A stretch of DNA of 64,000 bases from Candidatus Eiseniibacteriota bacterium (GTDB taxonomy: Bacteria > Eisenbacteria > RBG-16-71-46 > CAIMUX01), in contig CAWHYG010000008.1 of the NCBI GenBank assembly GCA_963833505.1, forward strand, positions 151,886 to 215,885, written 5' to 3'. The notes beneath the pieces are model-generated. The model was not told the origin of the DNA, made no database searches, and saw only the letters and a list, made by a program, of their open reading frames with translations. Positions 42,609 through 52,033 of the stretch are shown here, one piece after another. Every line of letters starts with the position of its first letter. Position 1 is the first letter of the stretch. Made by a program: the position numbers and the translations under genes.

Positions 42609-43592
42609 CTACGCGCCTCCAGGCCCGATCGCAAGCACGACCTTCCCGACGTTCAGGTTCTGCTCCAGAATATCGTGCGCGCGAGCCGCTTCCTGGACCG
42701 GAAGGATCCGATCCACCACCGGCCGGATGGCCCCCGACTCCAGGAGCGGCCAGATGTCCCGCCGGAGTCCGGCGATCACACGCGCCTTCTCGGCCAGCGG
42801 CCGCGTGCGAAGGGTGCTTCCGATCAGGCGGAGCCGGTTCGAGAGGATCGGGCGCAGGTCCAGCCGGGCGGCCCGGCCCTTCATCAGCGAAATGATGATC
42901 CAGCGCCCCCCGCTCCGCAGAAGCGGAAGCTGGACCCCCAGATCCTCTCCTCCGAGGCAATCCAGCACGACGTCGATTCCCCCCGCCAGCGAGATCGCCC
43001 GGAGCCGCGCGGTCACGTCCTCGGCCCGGTGGAGGATGATGTCGTCGGCCCCGAGATAGCGCACGCGCTCGGCCTTCTCCGAGCTTCCGACCGTCGTCAC
43101 CACCCTCGCTCCGAGGTTGTGCGCGATCTGGATCGCGGCCACGCCGACTCCGCTCGCGCCCGCTTGGATGAATGCCGTCTCGCCCGCGGCGAGGCCGGCT
43201 TCCATCACGAGATTGAGGTAGGCGGTGGCGAAGGTCTCGGGAAGGGACGCCGCCTCTTCCAGCGTCAGGCCATGCGGGATCGGCAGGAGCAGCCCGGCGG
43301 GCACGGCGACCTCCTCGGCGTATCCGCCTCCGGCCAGGAGGCAGCATGCCCGGTCTCCCGCCGCCCATCCTTCCACGAGCGGCCCGGTACCCTCGATCGT
43401 TCCGGCCGCTTCCAGGCCCATCCAGGGAGGCGTCCCGGGAGGCGGCGGATAGAGTCCCCGGCGCTGGAGCAGATCGGCGCGGTTGACGCCGGCGCATTCC
43501 ACGCGGAGGAGAACCTCCTCGTCCCCCGGAGTCGGATCCGGCACCTCGTCCCAGACGAGACGCCCCTCTTCCTTGACGATGACGGCTTTCAC
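42609..43592 (-). CDS. NAD(P)H:quinone oxidoreductase (zeta-crystallin/MDR family)
   Basis: Track ORF starting at GTG. It has VNRADLLQRRGLYPPPPG and the Rossmann GASGVGVAAIQIA. Confidence 0.9.
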   Translation of the reverse strand: MKAVIVKEEGRLVWDEVPDPTPGDEEVLLRVECAGVNRADLLQRRGLYPPPPGTPPWMGLEAAGTIEGTGPLVEGWAAGDRACCLLAGGGYAEEVAVPAGLLLPIPHGLTLEEAASLPETFATAYLNLVMEAGLAAGETAFIQAGASGVGVAAIQIAHNLGARVVTTVGSSEKAERVRYLGADDIILHRAEDVTARLRAISLAGGIDVVLDCLGGEDLGVQLPLLRSGGRWIIISLMKGRAARLDLRPILSNRLRLIGSTLRTRPLAEKARVIAGLRRDIWPLLESGAIRPVVDRILPVQEAARAHDILEQNLNVGKVVLAIGPGGA

Positions 43593-43619
43593 GCGGATGA
43601 CCTCGCGGGCGCGGACAGC

Positions 43620-44585
43620 CTACGGCCCGCCGGCTTCCCGGTAGGCTTGCTGCAGGGTTTCGGCCGATTGGAAGAGCGCCGCCTCCTCGCCGGGATCGAG
43701 AGCGAGCGGAAGCGTCGTCCTCCGTCCCGCCCGCCCGATGAGACAGGGAAAGGAGAGCGCGACGTTCCTCAGGTTCTGCTCGCCCTGGAAGACGGTGCTC
43801 ACGGTCAACACCGACCTTTCATCTTGAAGAATGCTGCGCGCCAGGCGCACGGTGGCGAGGCCGATGGCATACTGCGTCGCCCCTTTCCTGCGGATGACCT
43901 CGGCGCCGGCCGTGCGGACCTTTTCCGTGATCGCGGCCCGGATGTCCGGGCTCCACTCCTTGCCGGCCGCCTTCGCGAATTCCGGCAGGGCCACGTTCGC
44001 GATCCGCGCCTGACTCCAGGTCGGCACCTCGGTCTCGCCGTGCTCGCCCACGACGTAGGCGTGCACGTTGCGGACGCTCACGTCGAAGTGGGCGGCCAGC
44101 AGGATCCGGAGCCGCGCCGTGTCGAGGGTCGTCCCGGTGCCGATGATCCTCCCGGCGGGAAGCCCTGAAAGCCGCCAGACGGCCCGTGTCACGAGATCGA
44201 CCGGGTTCGACACCACCACGACGACGGCGCGATCGTGGAGCGGCATGATCCTCGGAACGATCCCGCCGATCAGGTCGAGATTGCGCCGGGCCAGATCCAG
44301 TCGGCTGTCTCCCGGCTGCCGCGCCGCGCCCGCCGTGAGAATGACGACGTCGGCTCCGGCGCAGTCCTCGAAGCCGCCGGCGCGCACGGCCGCCGGCGGC
44401 GTGTAGGGAAGCCCGTGGCTCAGATCCATGGCTTCGCCTTCGGCGCGGGCCAGGTCCTGATCCACGAGCACGATCTCGCCGGCCAGACCCGTGATCATGG
44501 CCGCATAGGCCGCCGCCGATCCGACGCGGCCCGCACCCACGATGACGACCCGGGACCGGCCTTCGAACGGCTCCGACGCTTCCAT
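43620..44585 (-). CDS. L-lactate/malate dehydrogenase family protein (LDH-like)
   Basis: Track ORF 43620..44627 trimmed to MEASEPFEGRSRVVIVGAGRVG. It has LTAGAARQPGDSRLDL, VSNPVD and GEHGE. Confidence 0.9.
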   Translation of the reverse strand: MEASEPFEGRSRVVIVGAGRVGSAAAYAAMITGLAGEIVLVDQDLARAEGEAMDLSHGLPYTPPAAVRAGGFEDCAGADVVILTAGAARQPGDSRLDLARRNLDLIGGIVPRIMPLHDRAVVVVVSNPVDLVTRAVWRLSGLPAGRIIGTGTTLDTARLRILLAAHFDVSVRNVHAYVVGEHGETEVPTWSQARIANVALPEFAKAAGKEWSPDIRAAITEKVRTAGAEVIRRKGATQYAIGLATVRLARSILQDERSVLTVSTVFQGEQNLRNVALSFPCLIGRAGRRTTLPLALDPGEEAALFQSAETLQQAYREAGGP

Positions 44586-44740
44586 GCGCCACCTCCACGG
44601 CTGCCCGCGACCGAAACTGAGGCCCACTCCCGCAGCATCGTACAGAACGCGCCTGCGCCGGGCCAGTTCCGATGGAAACGGACGCCGGCGCGTGGGGGCG
44701 GCACCGCGACTGCGACACCGTCACGCTGGATCTGGCCCGC

Positions 44741-44908
44741 ATCATTCGTGATCGCCCGTCGCGAGGCACCGGAGATGCCCGCCAGGGCAAGGCGCGCGCA
44801 GCCCGAGCGACGCAGGCATATTCCCTGCCGTATGTCGAGGAGCGAGGGCAAGCACAACGCAAGTCATGGCGGGCAGATCCGCTGCCGCAGCAGGGGGTTC
44901 ATGAATGA
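44741..44908 (+). mobile_element. MITE-like repeat, full-length copy B (about 168 bp) with imperfect terminal inverted repeats
   Basis: The ends are TCATTCGTGA (about 44742-44751) and TCATGAATGA (about 44899-44908), which are inverted. The internal sequence aligns end-to-end with the reverse complement of 58869-59036. It has no coding capacity. Confidence 0.6.
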
Positions 44909-45127
44909 CGCGGGGCCTAGGACTTTGTTCTAGGAAAATCACGGACTTGAGGCTGATTTTCACAACACCGAGGAGCGCGCATGATTCCTCTGGTCAGCAA
45001 GAACCCAGGAGCGACGAGGCGGTGCCGGGACGCCTGAGCAGACCCCCCCTGGTAGGGAACGTCCCGGCCCGCCGCCTTCCGAGACCAGAAACAGACCGGG
45101 CGCCCGCGCGGGCAGGGAAGCTGAGAA

Positions 45128-46132
45128 ATGACGGCGACTCCTCTCGCAAGCAAGGAAAAGAACCTGGCGGCCTCGATGTCGGTGGTTGCGGCCGTGGGCC
45201 TGACCTTCATAAAGGTGGTGGCAGGCTTGGCGACCGGCAGTCTCGGGTTGCTGTCCGAAGCCGCGCATTCCGGACTCGATCTCGTGGCGGCGCTGGTCAC
45301 CTTGGTGGCGGTGCGCGCGTCGGCGCGGCCGGCCGACCGGGATCATCCCTACGGCCACGGAAAGATCGAGAACCTCTCGGCGCTTTTCGAGACCTTCCTG
45401 CTTCTCCTCACCTGCCTCTGGATCATCCACGAGGGCGTCGTCCGACTGTTTTTCCGGTCCCGACACGTTGACGCCACGATCTGGGCGTTCATCGCCGTGT
45501 CCGTGTCCATCCTGGTCGATACCTGGCGCGCCCACGCTCTCCGGCGGGCCGCACAACGCCACGGAAGCCAGGCCCTGGAGGCCGACGCCCTTCATTTTTC
45601 GACCGATGTCTGGTCCTCAGCCGTGGTGCTCCTCGGGCTGGTGCTGGTGAAGGTCTCCGACGTGACCGGGATCGGCTGGTTGGCTCACGCCGACGCGGTC
45701 GCCGCCCTCGGCGTGGCCGCCCTCGTCGTCCGGGTGAGCGTCCGGCTGGCCTGGCGCGCGGCGGCCGAGCTGGTGGACACGGTTTCTCCGGCCCTCGGTG
45801 ACGAGATCTCGCGCGCGGCGGCGGTCGAAGGCGTGCGGGAGGTGCGCCAGGTCCGCCTGCGCCGCTCGGGTCCGGAGCTGTTCGTCGACGCCGTGCTCAT
45901 CGCGGACCGCCATATCTCCTTCGAGCGCGCGCACGGAATCGCGGTCGAGGCCGAAATCGCGGTGCGCGCGCTTCATCCGCGCGCGGACGTGGTCGTTCGG
46001 GTTGATCCGACGCCCGGCGTCGGACCCGGAAGCCCGAGCGTGTTCACCCTGGCGGCGGAGACCCGATCGGCCGCCGATCCGGATCGCGGATTCGGGAGTG
46101 AGGGCGCGGAGCGATACGCAGAAGCATTCTAA
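45128..46132 (+). CDS. Cation diffusion facilitator (CDF) family metal efflux transporter
   Basis: Track ORF. SEAAHSGLDLVAALVTLVAV...DHPYGHGKIE...LHFSTDVWSS are CDF signatures, and a C-terminal cytoplasmic domain is present. Confidence 0.9.
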   Translation: MTATPLASKEKNLAASMSVVAAVGLTFIKVVAGLATGSLGLLSEAAHSGLDLVAALVTLVAVRASARPADRDHPYGHGKIENLSALFETFLLLLTCLWIIHEGVVRLFFRSRHVDATIWAFIAVSVSILVDTWRAHALRRAAQRHGSQALEADALHFSTDVWSSAVVLLGLVLVKVSDVTGIGWLAHADAVAALGVAALVVRVSVRLAWRAAAELVDTVSPALGDEISRAAAVEGVREVRQVRLRRSGPELFVDAVLIADRHISFERAHGIAVEAEIAVRALHPRADVVVRVDPTPGVGPGSPSVFTLAAETRSAADPDRGFGSEGAERYAEAF

Positions 46133-46332
46133 GGCGGGGTCGAGCCCGCCCCGGCGCGCCGGCGCATGTGTCGGATTCGGGTGATTCTGATACCGACCAC
46201 GCGCCGGCGCTGTTTTGTGGCCTCGCCGGCACTCTCCCCGAACAAACCGTCTTGACGAAGCCTCGTGCCGGCGGTTCACTGAACCCGCAGCGTTCGAATC
46301 CGGCCTTCCGCGAGGAGTCGCCAGCCGTCGCC

Positions 46333-47037
46333 ATGAGCGCAACCACCGGGAAAAGGGCACGACCCGCCGGAGGCCCGAAAGCCGGGATCCTCCTGGTGGA
46401 CGACCATCCGCTCCTGCGGGAGGGATTGGCCCAACGGCTGACCCTCGAATCCGACCTCAGGATCTGCGGGCAGGCGGGCGACGGCGCTGCCGCGATCGAG
46501 GTCGCGGGGAGAACCCGGCCGGATCTCATGATCGTGGACATCTCCCTGCCCGGACGGGACGGCATCGACCTCTTGAAGGAGCTGAAGACCCGCTTTCCGC
46601 GTCTGCCCGTCCTGATCTTCTCGATGCACGACGAAACCCTTTACGCCGAGCGGGCGCTGCACGCCGGCGCCCGGGGCTACGTCATGAAGAGTGAGCCGCC
46701 GGAACAGCTCATCCACGCGATCCGGAGGGTTCTGGCCGGCGAGATCGCGCTCAGCCCCGAGATGATCTCCCGGCTTCTGAACCGCGCCGTCGGGATCCAA
46801 GCGACCAAGGCCCTGTCGGCCGTGGAGCTTCTCACCGATCGCGAGCTCGAGATCTTCCGGCTCATCGGAGAGGGCCGCCAGCGCCAGCGGATCGCCGCCG
46901 AGCTTCACCTCAGCGTCAAGACCGTCGAGGCCCATCGCGCCAACATCCGCCGGAAGCTCGGCCTCGAGAACGCCGCCGAGCTGCTGCAGCACGCGATCCA
47001 GTTCGTGCAGCGCGAGGGCGGTCCCCGGCCGGAGTGA
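46333..47037 (+). CDS. NarL/LuxR-family response regulator
   Basis: Track ORF 46168..47037 trimmed to ATG 46333. The REC domain has ILLVDDHPLLREGL...DLMIVDISLPGRDG, and the HTH has LTDRELEIFRLIGEGRQRQRIAAELHLSVKTVEAHRANI. Confidence 0.9.
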   Translation: MSATTGKRARPAGGPKAGILLVDDHPLLREGLAQRLTLESDLRICGQAGDGAAAIEVAGRTRPDLMIVDISLPGRDGIDLLKELKTRFPRLPVLIFSMHDETLYAERALHAGARGYVMKSEPPEQLIHAIRRVLAGEIALSPEMISRLLNRAVGIQATKALSAVELLTDRELEIFRLIGEGRQRQRIAAELHLSVKTVEAHRANIRRKLGLENAAELLQHAIQFVQREGGPRPE

Positions 47038-47057
47038 TCCTGGGTTCGGCCGGACGC

Positions 47058-47148
47058 CGATCGTTCGGTTGGCCGTCGATCGTCTCGGCCAGCCCCCGAT
47101 CGTTTCGGTTGGCCGTCGATCGCGAGGCGGACGAATCGGTTGGCGCCG
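47058..47148. repeat. Short tandem repeats (about 39-bp period, about 2.5 copies)
   Basis: CGATCGTTCGGTTGGCCGTCGATCG (47058-47082), CGATCGTTTCGGTTGGCCGTCGATCG (47097-47122), and a partial GAATCGGTTGGCGCCG (47133-47148). Confidence 0.7.
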
Positions 47149-47287
47149 CCGGGGTCGCAGCTGAGAAGGCCATCTAGTCCTTCGTCCTAGGACAAGATCA
47201 GCCGGCCGCCCGATTCACCGGAGCGCGGCCGTTGTCTACCATCAAGGTGACAACCTCGGTTCAGAGTGCTTCGTTTTCGGCCGGTCG

Positions 47288-49928
47288 TTGCCGCAAACGG
47301 GGGGGTGGGTCACGTCTCGAGATTCCGGAGAGCCGGGCCGGCTTCAGGCCATTCTTGATGCCGTCAACGTCGGTCTGCTCGTGATCGACGGCGAGGGACT
47401 GGTCCAACGCGTCAATCTCGCCGCATCGCGCTTGACCGGACGGAGCCTCGCGCCCCAGAAGGAAACCCGCCCCGGGGATTTTCTCGGCTGCGTCCACGCC
47501 CTCGCGGGCTCGGATCAGTGCGGCAGGACGATTCACTGCTCCGATTGCCCGATCCGGCAGGCCTTCGAGGCGGTGGTCGAATCCGGGCGGCCCGTGCGCG
47601 ATGTGGCGGTGGAGATCGGCCTGGTCATCGACGGGCGCGAGGCGCGGATTTCGCTCGAAGTGGGCGCCGACCCGCTGGTCCTCGACGACCACCGTTTCGC
47701 GCTGCTTTCGCTGACCGACGTCACCGAGCGCCTGCGGACGGAACGTGCCCTGGCGGAGAGCGAGGCGAGGTTCCGCTCCGCGTTCGAGGAGGGCGCCGTG
47801 GCCATGGCGTTGACCGCGCCCGACGCATCGCTCATCCGGGTTAACCAGGCCTTCTGCCGGCTCGTCGACGCCCGAGAGGAAGACCTCGTCGGCCGGAGCA
47901 TCATGGAGCTGACGCATCCGGACGACCGGAGACCGACCCGGGAGGCCCTTGACTCCGTCGTGCGGGACAGCCGCTCGACCCTGCGCTTTGAAAAACGCTA
48001 CCTCCGGCGCGACGGCGGCATCCTCTGGGTGGACATCAGCGCGGCGCCCGTCCGGGATGATGCCGGGCGGACCCTCTACCTCGTCACCCACGTCCAGGAC
48101 ATCACCGAGCGGAAACGCGCGGAAGAGCTGTTGCACCGCGCGCACGACGAGCTGGAGGAGAAGGTGCGCGGGCGCACCGACGAGCTGCGGAAGGCCAATC
48201 AGACGCTGCAGCTCATCTCGACCTGCAACCAGATCATGGTCCGGGCGACCCAGGAGACCGACCTGGTCCGGGAGATCTGCGAAGCCATCGTGACGACCGA
48301 GGGATACGTCATGGCCTGGGTGGGCTACGCCGAAACCGGCGCCGAGAAGACCGTCCGTCCGGTGGCCGCGGCCGGAATGGACCGCGACTATCTCGCGGAC
48401 ATCCGGATCCGATGGGACGACGTCGAGGAGGGGCGCGGCCCGACCGGCACCTGCATCCGCACCGGCCAGGTCCGGTTCGGGCGCGATTTCCGGACGGATC
48501 CGCATTCTGGCGGTGTGGCGGGAGGCGGCATTGAGGCGCGGCTTCCAGTCCTCGATCGCCGTTCCCCTCACCATGAGCGGCAAGGTCTTCGGGGCGCTCA
48601 CCATCTATGCCCGGGAACCGGAATTCTTCGACCAACGCCAGGGCGCCTTGCTGCGGGAGCTGGCCGATGATCTCTCCCGCGGCATCGTCTTCCTGCGGGC
48701 GCACCAGGAACGCGACGAGGCCCGGCGCGTCGCCGAGCTGCGGGCCCAGCAGCTCAGGACCCTCGCCTCCGCGCTCATCGAGGCCGAACAGAGGGAACGG
48801 AGGCGGCTCGCCGGCGTTCTGCACGACCACCTCCAGCAGCTTCTGGTCGGCGCGAAACTGAACGCCAGCACCATTCGCGCGACCGTGGCCAGAAAGTCCC
48901 TGCAGGATCTCGCAGAGCAGCTCTCCTGCACCCTGGATGAGGCGATCCAGACTTCGGGATCGCTCACGAGCGAGCTGAGCCCCCCGGTCCTTCACGAACG
49001 GGGATTGGCGGCCGGTCTGGAATGGCTGGGGCGGCAGTTGCGGCGAAGCCATCATCTGGAGGTCGAAGTCGACGCCGACCCGGAGGCCGAGCCGGCGGAG
49101 GAGCAGGCGCGCATCCTCCTGTTCGAAGCGGTGCGTGAGCTTCTACTCAACGCGATCAAGCACGCGAACGTCGACCGGGCGAGCGTCCGGATGAAGCTCC
49201 GGCCGGACCGCGAGATCGAGGTCACCGTGTCCGACGAGGGAGTCGGCTTCGACCCGTCGGGGTTGCAGGCCGAAGCGTCTCTGGGCGGCGCCTACGGTCT
49301 GTTCAGCATTCGCGAGCGGCTGAGCTACCTGGGAGGGCGGATGGAAATTGAAAGCGTCCCCGGCCGCGGGAGCCGTTTCACGTTGATCGCTCCGGTCGGG
49401 ATCCGGCGCGGTGCGCGCGTCAGGACCGCCGAGGCTGGTGAGCCGCGGAAGCCGGCCGAGCCGGAGATGCCCTTGGGAGCCGCCAAGGCCCTGGCGGCAG
49501 AATCCCCCATCATCCGGGTCCTGGTGGCCGATGACCACCCGGTGCTGCGGCGCGGCCTCGTGCTCCTCCTCAAGGATCTCGACGACATCGAGGTCGTGGG
49601 CGAAGCCGCGGACGGAGAGGAGACCGTCCGGCTGGCCGGGGAGCTCAAGCCGGACGTCGTGCTCATGGACGTTTCCATGCCGCATCTCGACGGGTTTGAA
49701 GCGACCCGGCTGGTCACCGCCCGATTGCCGAACGTGTGGGTGATCGGGCTGTCCATGCACGAGGAAGCCACCATGGCGCACGCCATGCTGCGGGCGGGCG
49801 CGGCGGCCTATGTGACCAAGGGAGGTCCGACCGACAAGCTGATCGCCGCCATTCGCGCCTCACGAAGCAGGAGAGACGCCGGGTCTCCTCCCAACCCGGA
49901 CGACTCTTCGCACCTTGGATCGGAGTAG
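47288..49928 (+). pseudogene. Hybrid sensor histidine kinase (PAS-PAS-GAF-HisKA_3-HATPase_c-REC) interrupted by a single-base frameshift at 48503-48511
   Basis: Track ORFs 47288..48670 and 48513..49928 are in frames offset by 1. The GAF domain is split between ...CIRTGQVRFGRDFRTDPH and (LAV)WREAALRRGFQSSIAVPL. Downstream are ERRRLAGVLHDHLQQ (HisKA_3), the HATPase N/G boxes and a C-terminal receiver (VLVADDHPVLRRGL...VLMDVSMPHLDG). Confidence 0.85.
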
Positions 49929-50195
49929 ATCCGCGCCCTGGATCCGTATAGAAAGGGATCGGCCCAGCCGTCTCGACTTGCTTTGTGTCGCAATCACAGT
50001 GATATCATGAGTCCCGTGACGCGACTTCCAAATTCCCGGCGCCCGCGGATAGATTCGGCGCGCGTTCTCGGGCTGGACCGTCGTTATCGGCCGGTCCGGG
50101 CCAAGCTCGACTCGGGCCGTCGATGTCAGCCGGTCCCAACTCCGGGGACTGGACAGGTTTTTCCTCCTGCTCGCGCCTTCGCGCCCTGCCCGTGG

Positions 50196-50486
50196 TTGCG
50201 CTCTTCCCTTGCGTTCGCCCTGCTGGCCTTCTTCCTGGCCAGCGGACCGATGCACATCTGGCACGACGCGATCGAGACCGATGACGCCTCCGCCGCCGGA
50301 CCCGATTCCCACCAGTGCCTGCTCTGCACGGTCTTCGCACATCTGCCGTTCTTGAACACCGCCGGCGTCACGATTCCCCCGGCCTCGATCACCTGCCTTC
50401 CGGTGGCGCTTCCTGCGCCCAAGCCGATCGCGGCCGCGCCCCGCCTGCTCCTCCTGGTTCGATCTCCTCCCGACTCCTCCTTGTGA
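50196..50486 (+). CDS. Small membrane protein, DUF2946-like (HxCxxC, C-terminal RSPP)
   Basis: This is the in-frame part of track ORF 49983..50486, starting from TTG 50196: LRSSLAFALLAFFLASGPMHIWHD...SHQCLLCTVFAHL...LVRSPPDSSL. The start codon and the family assignment are both tentative. Confidence 0.4.
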   Translation: MRSSLAFALLAFFLASGPMHIWHDAIETDDASAAGPDSHQCLLCTVFAHLPFLNTAGVTIPPASITCLPVALPAPKPIAAAPRLLLLVRSPPDSSL

Positions 50487-50691
50487 CCTCGCGCCGCCGC
50501 ACGGCCGCGTCCAACGCGGCTGCCGAAGGCGATGCGGCACGCTTGACCGCGGCGCGAAGGCCGTGAACATCCGTCGATTCCCGGACGTTGCGTATCCCGT
50601 TCCGAGCCGCCCGCGGACCACGTTCGGGCCAGGATCCCCCGGCGCACGGCGCCGCCACGGAGAAGTCCATGGAGCCAATTGCGGAGGAGTC

Positions 50692-51852
50692 ATGCCTCAT
50701 ACCGGAGAATCGTTCCATACCGGACAGGTAGTCCATACCGGAAAAACCGTCGCCCTTGTCGTCCTGGGCCTGATCGCGCCCTCGTTCGCGGGCGCGCAGA
50801 CCCGTTCCATCATCTCCAATCTGGCCAATCCGGCCATCGGGATGACCGGGCTCTTTCTCGCCCAAGCCGCGCCTGATCTGAAGACGGCGGGCGCGAACGG
50901 CCCGAGCTTTCAGGAGGCGGAGATCTCCATGATCTCCGCGGTCGATCCGCTGTGGACCCTGGCGGGCAACTTCACCTTCGACGCGGGGTCGGGCGTGGCG
51001 GAGGAGGCCTACGCCGTCACCGAGGCCGTCCCCAATGTGCAATTCAAGGTCGGCGAGTTCCGCGCCGCCTTCGGCAAGCACGGGACCCTGCACACCCACG
51101 CCTTTCCCTTCATCCAGGCCCCCATCATCATGTCCAACACCGTCGGCGAGGAAGGATTCAAGGACGCCGGCGTGGAGGCGGCCTGGCTGACGCCGCTGCC
51201 CTGGTACTGCGAGCTGACGGTCGGGGGATACGGCCAGGTCGCCGCGACGCCCGATCATCCCCTCAACTTCGATTCCAGCCGGAACCGCGTCGTCCCCTAC
51301 CTGGCGCACCTGAAGAACCTCTGGGACCTCTCGGAGAACACCACCCTGGAGCTGGGAGCGTCGGACCTGACCGGCGAAGGGGATGATAGCCTGCCCTCCG
51401 GGGCCGCCACCGTGCGGCAATCCGTGTATGGAGGCGATCTGACCGTGCGGAACGTCCCGTTGCGCCGATCCAACCAGCGGGGCTGGATCCTGCAAGGGGA
51501 GTTCCTGGACAAGGTCGCCTACGAGCCGGGCGGCGTCCATCAGCGGCAAGCCTACGGCTGGTACGCCTCCGGGCAGTACCGCTGGGCGCAAACCTGGTGG
51601 TCGGGGGCCCGGATCGAGGACGCCTATCACACCCTCTCCGACGTCGCCGCCAATCCCACCGACACGTTGCTCTCCGGCCACGTGCGCCGCGCTTCGGTCA
51701 ACCTCGCCTGGCTTCCCTCCGAGTTCTCCGAGCTGCGACTGGAATACGGGCTGGCGCAAGGCGACGGGCTGGAGGGCGCCAAGGTCTACGACGGGCGGGT
51801 CATGCTGCAGTTCAACTACATTATCGGGTTTCATCCGCCCCATGCCTATTGA
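50692..51852 (+). CDS. Putative outer-membrane beta-barrel protein of a metal-uptake cluster
   Basis: Track ORF 50563..51852 trimmed to ATG 50692. The N-terminus is MPHTGESFHTGQVVHTGK, followed by signal-like TVALVVLGLIAPSFAGA. The barrel-like sequence ends ...LQFNYIIGFHPPHAY. Confidence 0.65.
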   Translation: MPHTGESFHTGQVVHTGKTVALVVLGLIAPSFAGAQTRSIISNLANPAIGMTGLFLAQAAPDLKTAGANGPSFQEAEISMISAVDPLWTLAGNFTFDAGSGVAEEAYAVTEAVPNVQFKVGEFRAAFGKHGTLHTHAFPFIQAPIIMSNTVGEEGFKDAGVEAAWLTPLPWYCELTVGGYGQVAATPDHPLNFDSSRNRVVPYLAHLKNLWDLSENTTLELGASDLTGEGDDSLPSGAATVRQSVYGGDLTVRNVPLRRSNQRGWILQGEFLDKVAYEPGGVHQRQAYGWYASGQYRWAQTWWSGARIEDAYHTLSDVAANPTDTLLSGHVRRASVNLAWLPSEFSELRLEYGLAQGDGLEGAKVYDGRVMLQFNYIIGFHPPHAY

Positions 51853-52033
51853 TCGCCATGGCCGACTTGGCCGACCGGGCCCTCATTCGCCCGGCTCACG
51901 ATCGCGCTGGGACGCCGCACGACCGTTTCGCTCGCCGCGCGGCTACCGGCTGCCCGAACCAGGGCTCCCATCCGGAATTGAGGGAGGCCGGGCCGGCCTT
52001 GCCTCCTCCATCCATCCACCCAGGAGGATTGTC

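Noticed and set aside
46292-46301. GTTCGAATCC, resembling a tRNA T-loop
   Set aside because: The flanking bases do not form a T-stem, an acceptor stem or an anticodon arm. The stretch lies in the leader of the NarL-type regulator gene.
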